Numbered from the stretch's first letter, positions 26,545 through 38,971 are shown. The stretch is DNA of 64,000 nt from Daphnia carinata (GCF_022539665.2 NC_081333.1:11718001-11782000), one strand, 5' to 3'. A program made the numbers and translations. Notes: generated by a model from the letters alone, not told the origin.

Positions 26545-27650
26545 TGTGGAACAAGTCGTGTACGCGTAACACGGTTGAAAGCTACCGACAAGCAGTGAAA
26601 AACTGAAAGATCAATTGTGGTCAGCTGCTTATATACTCCGGACACTAAAATGGCTACAACGTACGTTCGATCTCACTGATCGCCTGTGAATTGGACTCAG
26701 AGGGAAACTGAAACGACTTCACCAACCTTATTCCCTACATGGCAGGACATATTCCAAACGAAGGATTTCCGTCGTGTTTTTACGAAGGAAGACAGCAATT
26801 GCAGTTTGATTTTCTACTTTCATTTCGATGCGAGCATTTGGTTTACCATCGATCGCATCCAACCGGTTGAAGCTAGTTAAGTTTTTTTTTTTTTTCATGT
26901 AATTGGCATTCAATTTCCTCCGGTGTGTATCGTATTGGGTTTTCCTCCCAAACAAAATTGCCAAAACTTCTGTATTTACCATGGCGTATTCGACCATGGT
27001 TCTCTAGGGCACCGAAAGTGCATAGATTCATGCGAAGTTGTTGAAGACGTCAACAAATTAATGTAACTTTAATTTTGAATTGCGCTTTAACGTAACCTTA
27101 GAACAATAAATTGGTCTGCCGCTTTGACTAAGGAATTTGTAAGCGAGTTTTAAACAAAAGAAAGATCTTGCTGTTTGGCGAACAGTAAGTTTTTTATTTA
27201 CTCCAATTCAATGTACTTCGACGACATTACAATATCATAACAAGTGCAAAAAGGTGTCCCTTAAGCCACAAGAAATGTTAGCGGTTAAATTGTATGAATC
27301 ATAACTCAATGAATGAGCATCAGCATGCGATACTGAAAGATGATGTATCATCTCCCAAATGAATTGAATTCTGGATTAATAGTATAAAATGTATAAAGTA
27401 GTAACATAAAATGAACAAAAAAAAATTAAGTTGAATTAAACCCACCATGAGTACTACTATCGTAACCAAGTGGTCGATGGTATACTATATCATCTCAGCT
27501 AGACAGAATCCATAGAGGAAATTCATTATATTTAAGAAACAGCTGGTTTGGCGAGAAACCTATATATTTGTATTATTATATTAAGCAAAATTTGAACTTC
27601 AGTCAAGAATGTAAAAACGCAACAACACTTTGTTTGCTTTTATTTTCAAA

Positions 27651-29410
27651 ACGGCTAGTTTGAAGAGAAAACCAGTAGCTGAATCAGAATCAGCGTTTTA
27701 TGGTCATTATTCTCTGTGATTTTCATCGAATTCCAAGAGCTTTCGTTTTTGGCCGATTTTGACAAAAGTGAGAAGGCTATATAGCCTTCCCACTTTTTCA
27801 TTTTTGGCTAAAATCTAGATTTCGTAAAAAATACGTCATTTCGATTGAAAATTATACAAGGATCACGAAAATTGACGTTATTTTTTCGTGGGACTGATAC
27901 TTTTAGATTAATTTGGCTTTTAAGTGGTTGCGGGGCTTGAAAAATAAGCCCGACAAAAAAAGCCGGGCTTAAAATTTCTATAGATTTTCCTGTAAAAAAA
28001 ATAATAACGGCTGATTTAAGGAGAAAAACACTCACATAATCGAACTCAGCATTCAATTTTGGCTATTCCATGGGATTTCTTATCGAATTCCAAGAGATTT
28101 CGTATTTTGCCGATTTTGACAAAAGAGAGAAGGCTATATAGCCTTCCCACTTTTTCATTTTTCGCTAAAATCTAGATTTTGTTAAAAATACGGTAATTTC
28201 GATTGGAAATTATACAAGGATCACGAAAATCGACGTTATTTTCTCGTGGGACTGATAGTTTTAGAGTAATTTGACATTTAATTGGTTGCGGGGCTTGAAA
28301 AATAAGCCCGACAAAAAAAGCCGGGCTTAAAATTTCTATAGATTTTCTTGTAAAAAAATAATAGTGGCTAGTTTAAGGAGAAAAACACTCACATAACCGA
28401 ACTCAGCACTCAATTTTGGCTATTCCATGGGATTTTTTATCGAATTCCAACAGATTTCGTTTTTTGCCGATTTTGACAAAAGTGAGAAGGCGTTGCCTTC
28501 CCACTTTTTCATTTTTGGCCAAATTTCAAATTTCGATTTTAATATATGATATCGATGCAAAATTGAATGCTTATTATGAAAATGAAGTTTATTTTTCAAT
28601 TTGCGTTATAGTTTTTGAATTAAACTTAAAAAACAAAAATTCGGGCTTATTTTTCTCGGGCTTAAATAGTCGGGCTTAAAATTTCTATAGATTTTCCTAT
28701 TAAAAATAATAACGGCTAGTTTAAGGAGAAAAACACTTACATAATCGAATTCAGCGTTCAATTTTGACTACTCGATATGATTTTTATCGAATTCCAAGAG
28801 ATTTCGTTTTTGGCCGATTTTGACAAAAGTGAGGAGGCTATATCCTTCCCACTTTTTCATTTTTGGCTAAAATCTAGATTTCGTTAAATATACGTCATTT
28901 TGATTGGAAATTATACAAGGATCACGAAAATCGACGTTATTTTCTCGTGGGACTGATAGTTTCAGAGTTATTCGACTTTTAAGTGGTTGCGGGGCTCGAA
29001 AAATAAGCCCGACAAAAAAAGCCGGGCTTAAAATTTCTATAGATTTTCCTGTAAAAAAATAATAACGGCTAGTTTAAGGAGAAAAACCCTTACATAATCG
29101 AATTCACCGTTCAATTTTGACTATTCGATATGATTTTATCGAATTCCAACAGATTTCGTTTTTTGCCGATTTTGACAAAAGTGAGAAGGCAATAGCCTTC
29201 CCACTTTTTCATTTTTGGCCAAATTTCAAATTTCGATTTATATATGATTTCGATGCAAAATTGAATGCTTATTATGAACATGAAGTTTATTTTTCAATTC
29301 GCATTATAGTTTTTGAATTAAACTTAAAAAACAAAAATTCGGGCTTATTTTTCTCGGGCTTAAATAGTCGGGCTTAAAATTTCTATAGATTTTCCTATTT
29401 AAAAAATAAT
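27651..29410. repeat. Tandem satellite, ~350-bp units in two subtypes (A A B A B)
   Basis: Repeated GGCTAGTTTAAGGAGAAAAACAC…GCCTTCCCACTTTTTC…CGGGCTTAAAATTTCTATAG, with units starting near 27651, 28006, 28364, 28711 and 29064. Confidence 0.9.
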
Positions 29411-30075
29411 ATCATTAAACCTGGATAACTACATACGAATAAGATTCAAAATTTAACAAGGAACACGAAAATGAACTTTGTTTTTTCGTAGATTTTATGA
29501 GTAATTTAATATAAAAGTGCGCTCGATAGAAATGTTAAACCCGACAAAATAAGCCCGAATTTTCTATTTAAATATCCATTTTACCTTATGTCTAACATAT
29601 ATATATACATTTGTCAATTATACACTTTGTCTGTTGTAGGTACAGTACGAAAATTGCGTATACATCTAGTGGTTAGACTTTCCGTTTTACCAATCGATTC
29701 CAAGTTTTAACCCCTACTTAAATAACCTAAGCAAACAAAAAGATGCCCCACTCTACGCTTGACGTTATCAATTCTATTTTACTAACTTGTTTGTTAAACT
29801 TATTTGTTTACCAAACTTATCACCAATGACGCCAACGCTTAAATTGTAGTAGATTTCCCGCCTGCTATTTCCCCTATGTGATTCATGAAAGGGGGCCTGA
29901 ACCCTACCAAGATTTTTCGTCGTACTTTTGCTGGTAGGGTTCAGGCAGTTGAACGAGATGGAGTTGGTATACCAGGGCCCTTGCAAAACACTGCACTATA
30001 TCGGCGAGTCGGCTGTGACGAGTTTGTCGGAGCTTTCTTTAACTATTTTAAGGATTTAGCGGATCGTCAAAACAC

Positions 30076-32101
30076 TAGTGTTGGCGATTATCTAAGTTCT
30101 GCTAGATACAATTATCTACGCCCACTTTTAGATAACGATACGATTATCGATAAAATATCTAATAACCCCCATCTACCGGCCAAAAATAGCACTGCACAAA
30201 TGATAGGGGTTAGTTTGTCGGGCTTGTATCGATAATTATAAACAATAACCTTATGCGACAACCATCGTCATCAAAAACAAATGTCATAGCGCTGTGGTTA
30301 CAGACAGCGCTTGTGGCACAATAATTCCGAGTTCAACACTAGGTACGGATGTATGTTTTTATCGATTTTTTGGTAGCAAATAATGTGTTTTATGCTTTGA
30401 AAAGCATGCATACGACTGAAATATTAGATTTCCGTTGTCGATTTGTATCGATACTATTCAACAACAATGCATTTGGATTATGATTCGAATTGCAAGTAGT
30501 GTGCTGGCGCAGAGCTATAAGGCGAGGTTCATGACACAAAGTCCTTGGGTTCAAGCCCAATCGACGATTTTTCCACAATTTTTGGTTTTGTGATAAAAAT
30601 TGCATAAATGTTTTTACAAGAAGGTTTTTTAGAAGCGGTAGCATTTGTCCTTTTTTAAAATATTTATAATATTATGTTACGAAACTTAAAGCACTGATAA
30701 ATTTTATGACAACACCCCCTAATACTGAAAAATTTCACTGCGCAGCTTCGTAAAATCGAGCAGACGACGATAAAATTAGATACTCGTCTGCAATTTGTAT
30801 CGATACTATCTCACACCAATACCACCTTACTGGTTCCATATTTTACAATAACGTCATGGCTAAGTGGAAGATGCTGTGGCTTAGGACATAAAGGTACGGA
30901 GTTCAACCCTCAACGGAGACATAGTTTATCACTAATTTTCATTATTGCAAAAATATCTTGTAGATGGTTTTTAACGGGAATTCACAAATATTTTGCATTA
31001 CAGTCCTATATAAATATTGTGCCGTTTTTAATAGTTAATTTGCTGTGTAAGAATACTATTAATTGCGGTGGCAACCCTGATATCAATAGTAAATAAATCT
31101 TCAATTTAAATCGTTGCAGACGACAGCAATGTTAGATTTTCGTCTGCAATTTGTATCGATACTTGTTAACACGACTACTATGTATTGCTTTGCAATCGCT
31201 TAGCATGAGGGAGTAGCGCTGTGGATAAGTACTGCGATTGGGATTCGGAATTCTCGAGTTCAAATCTGTTTTATGGCAATTTTTTTTACAATCTGCTAGA
31301 CATTATATTTTAAACGTATCTAAGTAACAAAAATTTAGGATGATCGCTCTCTGTTAACTGAGGCGTGTACGATACTAATAAAATAACATTTGTAATTTAT
31401 AAATGTAACAGATTTTCATAGCAAAATAGTATTCTGTTTAGCATCGTTGATAAAGCAGATGACGGTAAATAACAGTTGCTTCTGAAATTTGTATCGATAC
31501 TCGGCACCAAACGTTGGACTTATTGCTTGACACACACAAATTGTGGAGAGTTAGCATTGTGGATCAATTCCGCGCTCGGAACACAAAGTACAGAAGTTCG
31601 AATCCGTCTGCGAGACATTTTTTAAAATTTGAAATACATATTTTTATATGCTGACGATAAATACATTTGCACAATGTTAAATTATAATTTTCTCTACATT
31701 TTATATTCATGTAATCAAAACTTCAACAAAAATCTATTGTATTTCATAAGGCAACACTGATATGTATAACTAAAATCATCTATTAAGACTTGTAAAGTAA
31801 AGCAGACGATAAAAATATTGTATTTTATGATATTTGTATCGATACTCGCCAACGAAAACCATACTTGTGCCATGTCGTTTTTTTCTTACTGGTTTAGTGG
31901 TGTGGGTCAAGTCGGCGCTCGTAACACGAAGCGTCGGAGTTCAAATCTAGGCAGAGATGAAAGTTTTTAAATTATTGTAGTTTTTTTTCATTTGCACTAC
32001 ACGCCATCTATTGTTAAATGTGAGATCTATTTGGAGTGTATCGATACAGCGATTATCTAAAAAAGTCGACTATCTAAAAAGTATCTAAAAATATCGATAT
32101 A
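30076..32101 (+). mobile_element. Non-coding hAT-like element (TIR TAGTGTTGGCGAYTATCTA) carrying six tRNA-like cassettes; right TIR displaced to 38640-38675
   Basis: Starts exactly where block Y diverges from its copy. It has TATCTA subterminal repeats at both ends and is interrupted at TA (32100-32101) by a pogo end. The matching TIR TAGATAGTCGCCAACACTA follows the pogo element at 38640. Confidence 0.75.
30224..31970 (+). ncRNA. Array of six diverged Pol III type-2 (A/B-box) cassettes, each preceded by TATCGATA
   Basis: TATCGATA at 30227, 30446, 30798, 31154, 31492, 31837. A boxes at 30287, 30505, 30857, 31214, 31552, 31895. GTTC at 30331, 30549, 30901, 31258, 31596, 31939. Confidence 0.7.
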
Positions 32102-32246
32102 CAGTGCGGCTCCACTTATCGGACCACCCTGTGCAGTGGTCCGATAAGCGGATAATCCGAAAAGCGGCTCGACAGCGGTTAGCGCCCTCTCGTCGCGCTC
32201 ATTCGTAAAATTTTCTAATACTCTGCTCGTATTGACTGGTTCTGTA
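32102..32246 (-). mobile_element. pogo/Tigger 3'-end fragment
   Basis: TA|CAGTGCGGCTCCACTTATCGGACC. Near-exact reverse complement of 38495-38639, fused to the ASRGL1 3' flank. Confidence 0.9.
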
Positions 32247-32590
32247 ATCGACCGCCGTTGGTCAATTCCTTTTCATTCGAAGGACGCCTGGTTATCAGTT
32301 TCCATTCTAAAACCACAGCCAACAAGGTCATTAAAAATATAATATTTAGGCCTCAAATAAACACTGCCATATGGAGAAGAAAAATCTATGAACGCACGCC
32401 ACGATTGGCACATGACTATAGATGGTGATTTCAAGGCCGCAGATAACTGAAACCAGTTTCAACCTCTATTAATTTCCGCACGTTACAGCCGCTTGGAAAA
32501 AATGATATTGGGCCCAGCCCGCAATTGCACCATACGTCTAAAAATTGCTGTTACTTTGCACTAAATAGTTGAAGGCAGATGATGACGATT

Positions 32591-33788
32591 TCAGGCCATC
32601 TTTTCAATGTTGCATTCATTTGGATCGAGGCCCCAGAAAAAGACGTCCGATTTGGCAATTGCCCACGCCATTCGCCCAGTGGTGAACTGAAAAGCAGGTT
32701 CACCGGAAGCGCTGATGCAAATGGCGCCGCCTGCACCTTTTATTCTTGAATTCATTAACTGTAGGGATTGCTCAACAGCTTCTTGAGCTTTCATGCCTAC
32801 AATTCCATATGGGATGTAAAGGTGTTGTGTTGCCAGATGACGGATAAATATGAAAATTTACCGCTTTCCATCAAGCAGATTATATGTTTGGCTAAACATA
32901 TTTTTATGATAGATTCTCCATGGCCAGTACAGGACACGCCACCAATTTCGTCAATTGCATAAGTTCCACTTCCTGGAATAATCAGAAGCTAAATCAGATG
33001 TTTCATTTGTGGTTGAACATAGCATTACCTATTAGAGGACTATCTCTAACCCGGCCCACTCTTTTACCGGTGATACCTCCTGTGGATGTCGCGGCTGCAA
33101 TTCGACCGTTGGCGTCCATGGCAACAGCTCCGACAGTGTCATGTCCAAGTGGCAGTGCATTGATTCTAAAATAATAAGCTTTCAATCACCTGATGCACAA
33201 ATGAATGAATAGTACTTACTGATTGTTAAATAAAGAATCTACAGCACTTTTATATTTTTCAAAAGTTTGCCATTCATCAAGACACGCTTCAGTGATCAAA
33301 CTAGATGGGTCTACGCTGGGTATATTGCACTCATTGGCAAACATATTTGCTCCTTCACCCACAAGCAAGCAATGGTCAGTTTGTTCCATAACCATCCGAG
33401 CCAAACAAATTGGGTTGCTAATGTTTGCCACTGCTGCAACAGCTCCTAAATTAGAATATCTTGAGTGTGAGATGACAAATTGCTGTCAGCATAGTCTAAA
33501 TATTTGAAAATTACCAGCTTTCAGAGAAGTGCCATCCATAATAGAAGCATCCATTTCAATCAAACCAGCAGCATTTAAGCATGAACCTTTCCCTGCATCA
33601 AATACTGGTTCATCTTCAAGAATAACAACTGCCGCTTCAACAGCATCAAGAGCTGAACCACCATTTTTCAAAATTTCATAAGCTTTTTTAGCCGCTAACT
33701 TGACCCCATTTCTACTTGCATTACTAATATTTTCAGGGATTGCCCAGGCCCCACCATGAATTACTACAACAGGCTCTACTTTATTCAT
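32591..33788 (-). CDS. ASRGL1: ASRGL1 copy B, with GRVGD changed to GRVRD (possibly inactive)
   Basis: All five exons are present. The ORF track shows GRVRDSP. Confidence 0.8.
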
Positions 33789-33835
33789 AACAAAAAATTA
33801 AATTTTATATGGAACTCAATAATATGTCTTTAAAT

Positions 33836-34000
33836 TTAATTAGATAACAATTCGATTTCTTGCTGGGTTTCCAGTAACTTGTTGGTTAGTATCTCCCGCC
33901 TTCGTTTCAACCCCTCGATCTCCCAATCTTTCAACTTGTACCCAATAAAAACGCCACATAAGAATGTTAAAAGATAGGCTGCTTTCGTTGCGTTCCCCAT
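33836..34000 (-). CDS. MTLN: Mitoregulin-like microprotein copy B (54 aa)
   Basis: MGNATKAAYLLTFLCGVFIGYKLKDWEIEGLKRRREILTNKLLETQQEIELLSN*. Confidence 0.6.
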   Translation of the reverse strand: MGNATKAAYLLTFLCGVFIGYKLKDWEIEGLKRRREILTNKLLETQQEIELLSN

Positions 34001-34120
34001 AGATCCGGTTATCACAGAACACTAAAGCACGCGACACGAAACAGGAGATGAATTTTGACGATTTAATGAAAACAAGTTTTGAAGTAGTGTTGGCGACTAT
34101 CTAGTGTTGGCGACTATCTA

Positions 34121-34385
34121 CAGTGCGGCTCCACTTATCGGACCACCCACTTATCGCACCAAACCGGTTATTGGACCGAGGTCAGACTCGCACACTGAGT
34201 TGGCGATTGAGCGCCACTAGTGTGGATTTGATGAAGCATTTTTTAGAACCGGGGGCGCGCGAAGAGTGGTCTGTATGAAGATGTCCCTTCATTTTCAGGG
34301 GGTTCAAATTTCAGCGGAATGCTGTAGTTATCAGCTTGTTAGGATGAGTCCGATGCCAGCTTGTTATGATGAGTCAGGTACGCCA
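34121..34385 (+). mobile_element. pogo/Tigger 5'-end fragment preceded by a doubled hAT-like TIR (34085-34120)
   Basis: Near-identical to 36095-36359, then joins the ASRGL1 3' flank after a short filler. Confidence 0.9.
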
Positions 34386-34552
34386 AGAATAAGGAAGGCC
34401 GCAGATAACTGAAACCAGTTTCAACCTCTATTAATTTCCGCACGTTACAGCCGCTTGGAAAAAATGATATTGGGCCCAGCCCGCAATTGCACCATACGTC
34501 TAAAAATTGCTGTTACTTTGCACTAAATAGTTGAAGGCAGATGATGACGATT

Positions 34553-35750
34553 TTAGGCCATCTTTTCAGTGTTGTACTCTTTTGGATCGAGACCCCACGA
34601 TAAGACATCCGCTTTGGCAATTGCCCACGCCATTCGTTCGGTAGTGAAGTGAAAGGCGGCTTCACCGGATGCACTGATACAAATTACCCCACCAGCTCCT
34701 TTTACTTTTGAATTCATTAACTGTAGGGATTGCTCAACAGCTTCTTGAGCTTTCATGCCTACAATTCCATATGGGATGTAAAGGTGTTGTGTTGCCAGAT
34801 GACGGATAAATATGAAAATTTACCTCTTTCCATCAAGCAGATTATATGTTTGGCTAAACATATTTTTATGATAGATTCTCCATGGCCAGTACAGGACACG
34901 CCACCAATTTCGTCAATTGCATAAGTTCCACTTCCTAGAATAATCAGAAGCTAAATCAGATGTTTCATTTATGGTTGAACATAGCATTACCTATTAGAGG
35001 ACTATCTCCAACCCGGCCCACTCTTTTACCGGTGATACCTCCTGTGGATGTCGCGGCTGCAATTCGACCGTTGGCGTCCATGGCAACAGCTCCGACAGTG
35101 TCATGTCCAAGTGGCAGTGCATTGATTCTAAAATAATAAGCTTTCAATCACCTGATGCACAAATGAATGAATAGTACTTACTGATTGTTAAATAAAGAAT
35201 CTACAGCACTTTTATATTTTTCAAAAGTTTGCCATTCATCAAGACACGCTTCAGTGATCAAACTAGATGGGTCTACGCTGGGTATATTGCACTCATTGGC
35301 AAACATATTTGCTCCTTCACCCACAAGCAAGCAATGGTCAGTTTGTTCCATAACCATCCGAGCCAAACAAATTGGGTTGCTAATGTTTGCCACTGCTGCA
35401 ACAGCTCCTAAATTAGAATATCTTGAGTGTGAGATGACAAATTGCTGTCAGCATAGTCTAAATATTTGAAAATTACCAGCTTTCAGAGAAGTGCCATCCA
35501 TAATAGAAGCATCCATTTCAATCAAACCAGCAGCATTTAAGCATGAACCTTTCCCTGCATCAAATACTGGTTCATCTTCAAGAATAACAACTGCCGCTTC
35601 AACAGCATCAAGAGCTGAACCACCATTTTTCAAAATTTCATAAGCTTTTTTAGCCGCTAACTTGACCCCATTTCTACTTGCATTACTAATATTTTCAGGG
35701 ATTGCCCAGGCCCCACCATGAATTACTACAACAGGCTCTACTTTATTCAT
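34553..35750 (-). CDS. ASRGL1: ASRGL1 copy C, apparently intact
   Basis: All exons and motifs are present ([20 protein letters not shown]). The last exon is more diverged from copy A. Confidence 0.85.
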
Positions 35751-35791
35751 AACAAAAAATTAAATTTTATATGGAACTCAATAATATGTCT

Positions 35792-35974
35792 TTAAAGTAA
35801 ATTAGATAACAATTCGATTTCTTGCTGGGTTTCCAGTAACTCGTTGGCTAGTATCTCCCGTTTCAACTCTCTATTTCGTTTGAACCTCTCGAACTCCCAA
35901 TCTTTCAACTTGTACCCAATAAAAGCGCCACATAAGAATGTTAAAAGATAGGCTGCTTTCGTTGCGTTCCCCAT
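35792..35974 (-). CDS. MTLN: Mitoregulin-like microprotein copy C (60 aa, in-frame insertion)
   Basis: MGNATKAAYLLTFLCGAFIGYKLKDWEFERFKRNRELKREILANELLETQQEIELLSNLL*. Confidence 0.6.
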   Translation of the reverse strand: MGNATKAAYLLTFLCGAFIGYKLKDWEFERFKRNRELKREILANELLETQQEIELLSNLL

Positions 35975-36094
35975 AGATCCGGTTATCACAGAACACTAAA
36001 GCACGCGACACGAAACAGGAGATGAATTTTGACGATTTAATGAAAACAAGTTTTGAAGTAGTGTTGGCGACTATCTAGTGTTGGCGACTATCTA

Positions 36095-38639
36095 CAGTGC
36101 GGCTCCACTTATCGGACCACCCACTTATCGCACCAAACCGGTTATCGGACCGAGGTCAGACTCGCACACTGAGTTGGCGATTGAGCGCCACTAGTGTGGA
36201 TTTGATGAAGCATTTTTTAGAACCGGGGGCGCGCGAAGAGTGGTCTGTATGAAGATGTCCCTTCATTTTCAGGGGGTTCAAATTTCAGCGGAATGCTGTA
36301 GTTATCAGCTTGTTAGGATGAGTCCGATGCCAGCTTGTTATGATGAGTCAGGTACGCCAGCCTGCTATGATGAGTCAAAAGTTTCCCTCAGTTTCTTCTT
36401 AGCTTTTATTCAGGAAAGATCCATTTTAGTTTAGCTGCAATATGGAAAAAACCGTGCGCACGCCGGTGTTAAGTACCAATTCAAACTCGCGGAATGTGGC
36501 AAATTCAAATGGAAGAAAAAATAGGGATGTTTTGACGCTAAAAGAAAAACTTGAAGTGGTAGAGCAGCTAGGAAAAGGATTGAGTGAGCGTGCTGTGGCG
36601 AAAATGTTCAGTGTTTCCCGCTCGCAGATTCATCGTATTAGTGCAAGGCGAACTGAAGTGAAAAGTTTCAGTGAAAAATTTTTTTTAATTTGAGTGCCAA
36701 GCATTTGGCTAACACTGCTCATCATCCCGAGTTAGATGATGCAGTTTTTCAATGGTTTAGGGAGATGCGCAATCCAACAAAGCGTCGCAAACCATTGCCC
36801 GTATCCCGCAGTATTATTTTAGCTCGCGCTTTACATGAAGCAAACCGACTAGGATTGGATACGTTTAACGCTTCAAATGGCTGGTTCCGTAACTGGAAAA
36901 AACGCTTCGACATTGGAAATAGCGTGCGCATTGTAGGTGAAGCAGGCGATGTGGATATTGCACAAGTAGAGCAGGAAATCCAGGTCTTACGTGACAAACT
37001 AGGTAAGTATAAACCTGAGAATATATTTAATTGTGACGAAACAGCTAGCTACTATCGTGCGCTACCGTTTCGTAGTTATATTTCCCCAGATGAAAATCGC
37101 CGTATTATAAGAGGAACCAAAGAGCTGAAAGCCAAAGATAGAATAACTGTGATGCTTTGTGTGAATGCCACCGGATGCTGTAAAATCCCACCATTTGTGA
37201 TAGGTTCCTCAAAATCACCTCACTGTTTTAGAGACAGTCTTCCGCCGATTCCATATAAAGGTCAGGCTAATGCTTGGATGGACAGGGAACTTTTCAGATT
37301 TTGGTTTTTAGATGTATTTTTACCCGTTGTGAGACAGTGGACTACGGAGCCAGTAGCTATTGTAATGGACAATTGTGCTGGTCATGACAAAACTTGTGTC
37401 GATCCATTAGACCAAGTTCAGTTTTTTTTCCTTCCTCCAAATGTCACTTCGGTCTACCAGCCTCTTGATCAGGGTATTATAGCTTCTCTAAAGTCACTCT
37501 ACAGGAAGGAGTTAATAATCAAATTGGTTGAGGCTTATGACAATCATACAGCTTTGCAGGAAGCAGCAAGTTTAGCAAAAAGAGGTAGGAAGGGTTTGCG
37601 ATATGGCTGCTCTGCAACTGTATTGGATGCTTGCCAATTAATCAAATCTTGCTGGGATTTGGTTTCAAACACCACACTATTCAATTGCTGGAGGCATTCG
37701 AAAATACTACCACATGAGCAGTTCACCAGGTGAAGCGAAACCAGACCTCTAGATGTTGTTGGTAACACTTCCGACTTCTTATGCGACTTGTTACTCTCCT
37801 TGCAAATTACATCTGAAAAAAAAATACTGAGCTAGCCGATATAATAGAGAAGGCGAAGACAGATGATTGTGCTATTCAAATTCAACGCTGGCTTGATTTT
37901 GAAACAGATCCGGCAGTTATTGCGGCAGAAGATTACGAACTTTCAAATGAAATTTCACAGCAATGTGATTCGGCATCCTCTTCGAGCCAGTCAAACGAAA
38001 TTTCACTGATGGACGTTTGCGAGAGCGTTGCTACTCGTTCTAGTCCTAACAATCTAGCTCATGAAGCACTCTTGAAAGAGAAGCTGCTTAAATATGCATG
38101 CGCTGCCGTCGATGCTAGGATATCCGATCCTACATTATATGACCTAGTTTCCAAAATTAAAGAACATTTGTCGTAAGTTAATGCGTTTGTTAAATATTAA
38201 TTTATTATTTGTAAGCGTTGATAAGCTTAATTTTTCTTTAAACAATTTTACGTTATTCTGTTACGTTACTTCGCTTATGTTTCAAGTGTGTTCAAACTAA
38301 ATGTTTTAAATGTAGATTTTTTTTCTCGTTTTATACAATCAAACGTAGCGTACATTTCAAAGGTATTTTTACTTGATCTGTAATTTGTTCGGTACCTAGA
38401 ATTTTGCGACACAGCTAATAAACTTAGATTATATACTATTACTCGTTCTTGTAAGTTAATTCAATTTATTATAAAGCTTATCTAGTTAAATGAGTACAGA
38501 ACCAGTCAATACGAGCAGAGTATTAGAAAATTTTACGAATGAGCGCGACGAGATGGCGCTGACCGCTGTCGAGCCGCTTTTCGGACCATCCGCTTATCGG
38601 ACCACTGCACAGGGTGGTCCGATAAGTGGAGCCGCACTG
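36095..38639 (+). mobile_element. Full-length pogo/Tigger-type (Tc1/mariner superfamily) DNA transposon
   Basis: TIR CAGTGCGGCTCCACTTATCGGACCACCC, TA on both sides, and an internal transposase. Confidence 0.95.
36442..38176 (+). pseudogene. pogo/CENP-B-like transposase (psq-type HTH, CENP-B HTH, DDE_1), interrupted
   Basis: LTLKEKLEVV…VSRSQI, FNASNGWFRNWKKR, NCDET, VMDN, QPLDQGII. The frame breaks at a T-run near 36680 and at the stop at 37733. An acidic tail continues in another frame to 38176. Confidence 0.85.
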
Positions 38640-38759
38640 TAGATAGTCGCCAACACTAGATAGTCGCCAACACTACTTCAAAACTTGTTTTCATTAAATC
38701 GTCAAAATTCATCTCCTGTTTCGTGTCGCGTGCTTTAGTGTTCTGTGATAACCGGATCT

Positions 38760-38924
38760 ATGGGGAACGCAACGAAAGCAGCCTATCTTTTAACATTCTT
38801 ATGTGGCGTTTTTATTGGGTACAAGTTGAAAGATTGGGAGATCGAGGGGTTGAAACGAAGGCGGGAGATACTAACCAACAAGTTACTGGAAACCCAGCAA
38901 GAAATCGAATTGTTATCTAATTAA
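38760..38924 (+). CDS. MTLN: Mitoregulin-like microprotein copy D (54 aa, same as copy B)
   Basis: Reverse complement of 33836-34000. Confidence 0.6.
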   Translation: MGNATKAAYLLTFLCGVFIGYKLKDWEIEGLKRRREILTNKLLETQQEIELLSN

Positions 38925-38971
38925 ATTTAAAGACATATTATTGAGTTCCATATAAAATTTAATTTTTTGTT

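Larger units (their letters stand above)
22717..30075. repeat. Segmental duplication block Y (direct copy at 43020-49674)
   Basis: Colinear near-identical sequence starting at the TATGGCAATCC terminus and ending at …TCAAAACAC, where the hAT-like element begins. Confidence 0.95.

Noticed and set aside
29885..30235. 116-aa ORF
   Set aside because: It is chimeric across the transposon junction at 30076, and the duplicate at 49484 ends differently.
30224..31970. Reading the cassette array as a CRISPR array or a functional tRNA cluster
   Set aside because: The repeats are not identical, the period is ~220-355 bp, the context is eukaryotic and no cas genes are present. Acceptor and anticodon stems do not pair.
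33840..34037. 65-aa ORF MSRALVFCDN… (also 38723-38920)
   Set aside because: It has a non-ATG start and is an alternative frame of the mitoregulin-like ORF. It is not preserved in copies A and C.
36670..36695. Programmed frameshift in the pogo transposase
   Set aside because: The break lies in a homopolymer and a second disruption exists near 37733. Mutation or sequencing error is more likely.
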